Part shown: positions 58,903-64,000 of the stretch, piece after piece | How positions within the stretch are numbered: the stretch's first letter is position 1 | Layout of the letters: every line of letters starts with the position of its first letter | Source: Hyphomicrobiales bacterium | GTDB lineage: Bacteria; Pseudomonadota; Alphaproteobacteria; Rhizobiales; Beijerinckiaceae | Length of the DNA stretch: 64,000 nucleotides | Direction: 5' to 3' | Assembly (NCBI GenBank): GCA_019237205.1 | Contig: JAFAHO010000060.1 | Span: 716 to 64,715, forward strand | Made by a program: the position numbers and the translations under genes | The notes under the pieces: model-generated | Databases searched by the model: none | The model's input: the letters and a program-made list of their open reading frames with translations, nothing else | What the model was told of the DNA's origin: nothing

Positions 58903-59859
58903 TCAGATGTGAGCGTGGATTCTTTGCCAAATGTCGCCGACAGGACGCGGCTCGACGGCGGTCGCGAGAGCGGCTTGCGTTCCCTTGCATCCGGGAACAC
59001 AGGACGCCTGGCTTAGAGTCATCTGACGATCTAGCGGTTCGTCATCCTCGATCGACGCGTCTTGCCTCCTGCATTCAGCTAGATAATCGTCGAGCCCGAT
59101 CAAGGCGGCGCCCAACGCCCCCGCGATCTGGGGCGCGGCCGGCAGAATGACCGGCATGCCGATCGCTTTCTCAATGTAGTGTACCGCCGCTCTGTTGCGC
59201 GCGACGCCGCCGGTCATGACCACGGGCCCCTGCTGTCCGACCCGGGCGACCAGGCCCGCGGTCCTGGTCGCGATCGCCGCATGGACCGCCCCCAATACGT
59301 CGGGCTTTGTCCGCCCCTCGGCCAGAAGCGAGATGACTTCGGTTTCAGCGAAGGTCGCGCACATGCTCGAGATTCGCAGTTCGTGGCGCGCGTCAAGCGC
59401 GGTCTCGCCCATAAGGTCGAGGTCGATCGACAACGCGCGCGCAAGCACCTCAAGGAATTTTCCGGTGCCGGCGGCGCAACGGTCGTTCATCGCAAATTGG
59501 GTCACAAGCCCCTTCGCGTCGACCGCTATGGTCTTGCTGTCCTGACCGCCTATATCGATGATCAGCCGGGCCTCCGGGACCATTGCGACGGCGCCTCGCG
59601 CGTGGCAGGTGATTTCGGTATAATTCTTGTCAGCCATGTCGAGCATGCGCCGACCGTAGCCGGTGCTCACGGTGCGCCCCATGTCGTTCTGGCTGAGGCG
59701 CGCCTCTTGTAGCGCGCCCTCGACTGAGGCCTTCACGCCTTCACCGCTGACCGCGCCCATATGGGCGACGCAAGATGCGACCATCTCGCTTTTCAGGTTC
59801 AGAATTACCGTCTTAGCGGTCGTCGAACCGAAGTCAATTCCCATTACATAGGACTTCAT
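58903..59859 (-). CDS. ASKHA-family [4Fe-4S] activase (HgdC / BzdQ-like) with C-terminal extension
   Basis: GIDFGSTTAK, STGYGR, TEITCH, DIGGQDSK, MNDRCAAGTG, SSMCATFAE, GGVARN, AGALGAAL. Confidence 0.92.
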   Translation of the reverse strand: MKSYVMGIDFGSTTAKTVILNLKSEMVASCVAHMGAVSGEGVKASVEGALQEARLSQNDMGRTVSTGYGRRMLDMADKNYTEITCHARGAVAMVPEARLIIDIGGQDSKTIAVDAKGLVTQFAMNDRCAAGTGKFLEVLARALSIDLDLMGETALDARHELRISSMCATFAETEVISLLAEGRTKPDVLGAVHAAIATRTAGLVARVGQQGPVVMTGGVARNRAAVHYIEKAIGMPVILPAAPQIAGALGAALIGLDDYLAECRRQDASIEDDEPLDRQMTLSQASCVPGCKGTQAALATAVEPRPVGDIWQRIHAHI

Positions 59860-59898
59860 GGCGCGGTCCTCTGTCCCGGAATAGGAGCGCAAGAATAG

Positions 59899-59939
59899 GT
59901 GAGTTGGACTTACTAACGACAAAAGACGGCGAATGTCAA
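59899..59939 (-). promoter_or_regulatory. Activase promoter with operator motif B
   Basis: GTGAGTTGGACTTACTA at 59899..59915 (15/17 to the 51526 site); minus-strand TTGACA at 59939..59934. Confidence 0.72.
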
Positions 59940-60010
59940 GGTACGCGAGCCACGGCGAGCGCCCTGAATGGCCAGCGGGTCGCGGCGACTCTGCCGATGG
60001 CGAGCCTGCC

Positions 60011-60757
60011 TCACTTCAAATTCTGGGTCGATGCAAGCTCCTGGCGCAATTCTGCGACTCCCGCGCTGAGTTTTCCGATCGACTCCTGCAATTGTGAAGC
60101 CACGTCCACGAGGGTGGCGACAGACCCTGATCTGGGCCGCTGACCCAGGCCGTTCGTAATCACGTCGGCAATGGCCGAAGCCGAGTCATCGACGGAAAAG
60201 TCTCCCTCGCCCCTCAAATAAGCCCATGTCTGGTGTTCGATGGCGCCGAAGATCATGTCGCGGATGACTTTTGGTGGAACGTCTCCCCTGAGTTCGCCGC
60301 GGCGGATCCCCTCGGCCACCACATCCGTCACCATGGCCGCAAATCTACGGTTCTGCTCGTAGGATTTCATTTTGCGGAAGTCCGGATCCGGTCGCAGCTC
60401 CAATAGGACAAACCGGGTAAGGGCGGGCTCCTTCTTTATCCCCCACAGGTTTCTCCAGATGACCCTGAAAAGTCTCTCTCGAATCGGCTCATCCGGGTTC
60501 GAAGGCGGGTCTTCGGTGAGAAACTCCTCAAACCAGTCCTCGGCTACACGCTGAAGCAATTCGCGTTTCGTGCTGAAGTACTTGTAGATCGTGCCTTCCG
60601 AGACCCCACACCGCTGCGCCACTTCAGAGGTCAGAAACTGTTCCGATCCGCGCTCGCGCAACACGACCCGGGCGGTCTGCAAAATAGAAGCAATGCGATG
60701 GTCTTTCGGAAGCCGTTTCGCTGACGGGCGGGAAAGCGGGGGGAGTGGCCGTTCCAT
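60011..60757 (-). CDS. TetR-family regulator
   Basis: ILQTAR, EVAQRCGVSEGTIYKYFSTKRELL HTH. Confidence 0.92.
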   Translation of the reverse strand: MERPLPPLSRPSAKRLPKDHRIASILQTARVVLRERGSEQFLTSEVAQRCGVSEGTIYKYFSTKRELLQRVAEDWFEEFLTEDPPSNPDEPIRERLFRVIWRNLWGIKKEPALTRFVLLELRPDPDFRKMKSYEQNRRFAAMVTDVVAEGIRRGELRGDVPPKVIRDMIFGAIEHQTWAYLRGEGDFSVDDSASAIADVITNGLGQRPRSGSVATLVDVASQLQESIGKLSAGVAELRQELASTQNLK

Positions 60758-60889
60758 ATTGTTATATTTCAGCACCAGATTGTGGCATTACACCTATCCT
60801 TATCGTCTGTAGCAGAACGATCAAAACTGCCGTGCGCTTTTGTTCTCGAGTTTGTTCCTTCGGTGCTATCCTAACTGGTGCGCTGGCTG

Positions 60890-61228
60890 ATGGAAGTTAG
60901 CACGGGTCGTGCCGAACATTTGCCCTTTGGCGCGTCCTGTTCCCTTGGTCGGCACCCCTCCTGCGACGAAGGCGTTTACAGGCGCCGGTCGGGGCGCGTA
61001 GCCGGGATAGCCCTCGGGATGCTAACCGAGCGCGGGCCGACGTTCGCCGTCGAGACGTTCTGGCGCCACGAATTACTTCAACTTCCAAGTGCCGAGCAGC
61101 GGATCATCGCCGAGCGACATCCTGGCAGTCCCGACTAACGCCAGCACACAGATCGCCACGATAGCGAGCCGCGCGAATCTCGTTGCGAGGTGGGTTGAGC
61201 CGCCATGGCCGTGATAGTTCCAGCTCAT
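60890..61228 (-). pseudogene. Secreted lipocalin-like protein pseudogene
   Basis: Signal peptide, then DDPLLGTWKLK*FV...GERRPALG*HPEGYPGYA; two in-frame stops and a later frameshift; GGGAGG RBS; left boundary approximate. Confidence 0.6.
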
Positions 61229-61523
61229 CCGCGCCCTCCCGTATCGCTTGCACGTATCCATCGCTCAACGCCAATTGATACCCTTCGGAGCAGACTGCGG
61301 TCCGACGGCTTTCCTACTGACGCCGGTGTGCCGTCATTCATTTAGGAAGGGATACCGCCAGCCTAGAAACTGTATAAAAACGGGTGACGTCACTCAGGCA
61401 ACCTGCCCGATTTGGACGAGCCGGACTGCTGAGGTAATGGCAGTTGCCACGGGCTTGGCTACGGAGTGATCTATGTTAACCGAGGGCAACAGACCTAAGG
61501 AGGCACTAACGAGCAGCGAGCAA

Positions 61524-61558
61524 CCGCCGTTCTAAATAAGATCTCTCTAGAACGGTGG
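61524..61558. repeat. Inverted arm-type motifs at the island's right end
   Basis: CCGCCGTTCTA (61524..61534) and TAGAACGGTGG (61548..61558); the latter also at 59..69. Confidence 0.6.
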
Positions 61559-61584
61559 GCGCTAGCCTAATATCCTGAAATTGC

Positions 61585-61630
61585 TGGCGCGCCCGAAGAG
61601 ATTCGAACTCCTGACCCCCAGATTCGCAGT
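61585..61630 (-). repeat. att site 2: 3' half of tRNA-Arg with an anticodon-loop substitution
   Basis: 45/46 identical to 95..140; C61627 versus T137. Confidence 0.92.
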
Positions 61631-61773
61631 TTGTCTGCTGGGCCGTACCGAGGCTTTCCATTTGTGCGCTTGGACCCCTAAGTTGTCGATCACACCTTTG
61701 TGTTTTATTGTGTTTTGGCTACTTTAGCGTAGGATAGCAAACTGCGGCTCTCAAACTCGTGAGCCTGCAACCG

Positions 61774-61792
61774 CCGTTCTAACACCGTTCTA
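61774..61792 (+). repeat. Tandem CCGTTCTA arm-type motifs
   Basis: Same motif and spacing as 284..302. Confidence 0.65.
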
Positions 61793-61797
61793 ACGTC

Positions 61798-63081
61798 ATG
61801 CTGCACTCCCGACTTTCCTTCTCTGATCGAGCGATCGGCGCTTTGCCGTTCGCTGCATCTGGCCAGCATATCGTGCGAGATAAGGATATGGCGGGCTTTT
61901 TTCTCCTCGTCGGTACCCGTTCCAAGACCTTCATGATCCAGGGCGATCTTTGGGAGAATGGAAAGCGACGGACCATCCGGGTGAAAGTCGGGGAGGTGGG
62001 CAGAATTGCAACCCGAGAGGCGCGAGCGAAAGCGAAGGTGCTCCTCGGGTCAATTGCCAACGGCGTCGATCCGCGGCCTAAGCCGGAGGAGCCATTGAGC
62101 CCTACTCCGAACGGGCCCGACCCCACCTTAAGGCAGGCGTGGGAGCGCTACCGGGATGGGCATATGAAGCGGAAAGGGAGAAGCGGCGGCACGATCGAGA
62201 ATTATAGGGACCATGTCGAACGGCTGATGTCAGATTGGCTCGATATTCCCCTATCCAAGCTTGGGCTCCAGCCGGACTTGGTGAGAGCTCGGCACGAAAA
62301 GCTCAGTCAAGAGAACGGAAACTATATTGCAAACGGCTGCATGCGAACGCTGCGCGCGATCTACAATCACGCTCGCAAAGCAGCGAGGGGCCTTCCTCCG
62401 GACGACCCCGTCTCAGCGGTTGATTGGAATTTGGAACGCCGGCGAGACACAGCCCTTGGGCTCGCCGATCTCAAGGGTTGGTTCAATGAATTGGCGGCGC
62501 TCGAAAACCCGGTGCGGCGAGAATTTCATCTTTTCCTCCTGCTCTCGGGCCATCGCCCGGAGGCGATCAAGGAGTCGCGCAGGGAGGACCTGGATTTTCG
62601 CCGACGCTTCCTGCACGTGCCGAAGCCGAAAGGTGGAGAGGCGAGAGCATTCGACATTCCGCGGTCGGCCCATGATTCGCTGCCTGGTCCGCGTTCTGCG
62701 CTTTGGGCAGTTGCTCTATCCTTACCAATCAGCGGAATGGGCATTTCCAGCTGATAGCGAGAGCGGACATTTGGCGGAGCACAAGGAGAAGCGTGGTGAG
62801 CTGTCAAAGTGGGGCAACGACCTGAGGCAGACGTTTCGGACGATTGCGCAGACCGCCGGTGTGCCAGAACTGGATGTCCACCTGCTGATGAACCATTCAA
62901 TTCCGGGAGTGAACGCAGGCTACATCACCCGCAACAAGCTGCTGCGCGACCATCTTCGAATTCAGCAGGAGGCGATCTCGCGAAAAATGATCGCGCGGCA
63001 CGAGGCGCCAACCAGGACGAGCCGCAAGCGACGGCTCTTTGGATTGACATGCCCGCGCGGAGGCTTGTCGCGAGCATGTAA
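61798..63081 (+). pseudogene. Near-full-length tyrosine integrase with two frameshifts
   Basis: Arm-binding N-terminus, SGHRPE, PKPKGG, NDLRQTF, MNHS, AGYI; frame changes at ~62660..62671 and ~62993. Confidence 0.85.
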
Positions 63082-63274
63082 GCTGGTCTCCATCGGAGCG
63101 CGCTGAGCTAACTTTGGCTGACTACTGACGCTTCGCGGGGCGGACGTGGCTCGTTGCAAGGCGCTTCTTGAGCGCGCTCAAAAAATTGTCTCAAAGTCCG
63201 CCAACCTTGCTCAGACGGTTGCCTGATTCGGTTGGTCGCCCGCAATTGTCCATCGCGCATAGAGCTGGGGGAAC

Positions 63275-64000
63275 ATGCTCGACCAACGAAAAAACGACGA
63301 TTTCTCAAGACCCGGTCGATCATCGCCGATCGTGCTTCAGCATCTTCGATATGCGGTGTCGGCAGCGGAGCACGGCAGCTTTCGGCGCGCCGCCGAGGCG
63401 ATGCTGCTTCAACAGTCGACGCTCAGCCGCTGCGTTCGGCAGCTCGAGGAATCGATTGGCCTGATTGTTTTCGATCGGTTCAGCGGCGGCGTCCGGCCGA
63501 CGCAGGCGGGCCAAGAGTTTCTGCGAAACGCTCGATCGATCCTGGAGCAGGTGGAGGCGCTGGCAGCGACTGCGCACAGGACGGGCCGCGGCGAAGCCGG
63601 GCGCTTAGGGATCGGCTTTTACACCTCGTTGTCCGCCGGGAACCTTCGCGCGACGCTGACGGAAGTCGCGCAGCGCTTCCCGCAACTGGAGATCGAGCTC
63701 GTCGAGAGTTCACGGAAACGGCTCGCCACGGCGCTTCGCAATGGCGCCGTCGACATCGTGATCGTCCCTGGCGATGCGCCGCTACCGGAGAACACAGTGA
63801 TGGCGCTCTGGAGCGAACGGCTTTTCGCCGCCATTCCCGAAAGTCATCCGTTCGTCGGGAGGCAGGCTGTCCACTGGATCGACCTCAAGGACGAGACAGT
63901 GCTGCTCAGCCGACGCGATCCCGGACCGGAGCTTCATGATCTCTTGATTGCAAGGACGGCATCGCCCGGTGACCGGCCGAAGATCGTGCGCCACGATGTC
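63275..64000 (+). CDS. LysR-family regulator, 3' end beyond the window
   Basis: Own translation from ATG 63275: LQHLRYAVSAAEHGSFRRAAE...QSTLSRCVRQLEESIG...GRLGIG; frame open to 64000. Confidence 0.9.
   Translation, partial: MLDQRKNDDFSRPGRSSPIVLQHLRYAVSAAEHGSFRRAAEAMLLQQSTLSRCVRQLEESIGLIVFDRFSGGVRPTQAGQEFLRNARSILEQVEALAATAHRTGRGEAGRLGIGFYTSLSAGNLRATLTEVAQRFPQLEIELVESSRKRLATALRNGAVDIVIVPGDAPLPENTVMALWSERLFAAIPESHPFVGRQAVHWIDLKDETVLLSRRDPGPELHDLLIARTASPGDRPKIVRHDV

Larger units (their letters stand above)
95..61630. mobile_element. Genomic island integrated at tRNA-Arg(ACG), catabolic cargo, integrase inactivated
   Basis: 46-bp direct repeats of a tRNA 3' half at both ends (offset 61490 bp), an integrase remnant just inside the left repeat, no housekeeping genes inside. 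Confidence 0.85.
61585..64000. mobile_element. Start of a second, sibling integrative element (continues beyond the window)
   Basis: att, then a leader homologous to 141..307, then integrase and LysR. Confidence 0.75.

Noticed and set aside
51585-59859. Calling the Fe-S genes bcrABCD / badDEFG outright
   Set aside because: Only one ATPase subunit is present, with no ferredoxin or benzoate-CoA ligase signature. Reductase versus dehydratase cannot be decided from sequence inspection.
62655-62675. Programmed frameshift in integrase 2
   Set aside because: No slippery heptamer is visible, and a second independent frameshift exists downstream.
1-64000. CRISPR arrays, IS elements, conjugation/replication genes, defence systems
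   Set aside because: No regularly spaced repeats, and no transposase, relaxase, T4SS, Rep or nuclease motifs were found.

Overview
High-GC, alphaproteobacterial-looking DNA. Nearly the whole window is one ~61.5-kb genomic island, bounded by 46-bp direct repeats of the 3' half of tRNA-Arg(ACG) (95..140 and 61585..61630, minus strand, one mismatch). Each repeat is followed by a homologous arm-domain tyrosine integrase gene, and both genes are damaged. The second integrase and a LysR gene begin the next element. The sequence left of the first att resembles an element end, so at least three sibling elements may be stacked at this tRNA. The cargo is about 55 CoA-dependent catabolic genes: two Liv-type ABC importers, 8 acyl-CoA dehydrogenases, 8 SDRs, 4 crotonase-fold and 3 MaoC proteins, 2 CoA ligases, 2 CoA transferases, a thiolase with an HMGS-DUF35 partner, 2 APH-family kinases, 2 MarR and 1 TetR. 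It includes clear aliA/badH/badI/aliB homologues (cyclohexanecarboxylate route). The best candidate for an undescribed system is a three-component [4Fe-4S] radical enzyme of the benzoyl-CoA reductase / 2-hydroxyacyl-CoA dehydratase family, with two catalytic subunits and a single distant activase that share an operator. A second 18-bp palindrome precedes most operon starts. Functional calls come from motif recognition and recalled family similarity; no database search was run. No CRISPR, rRNA, intact tRNA, conjugation or replication genes were seen.
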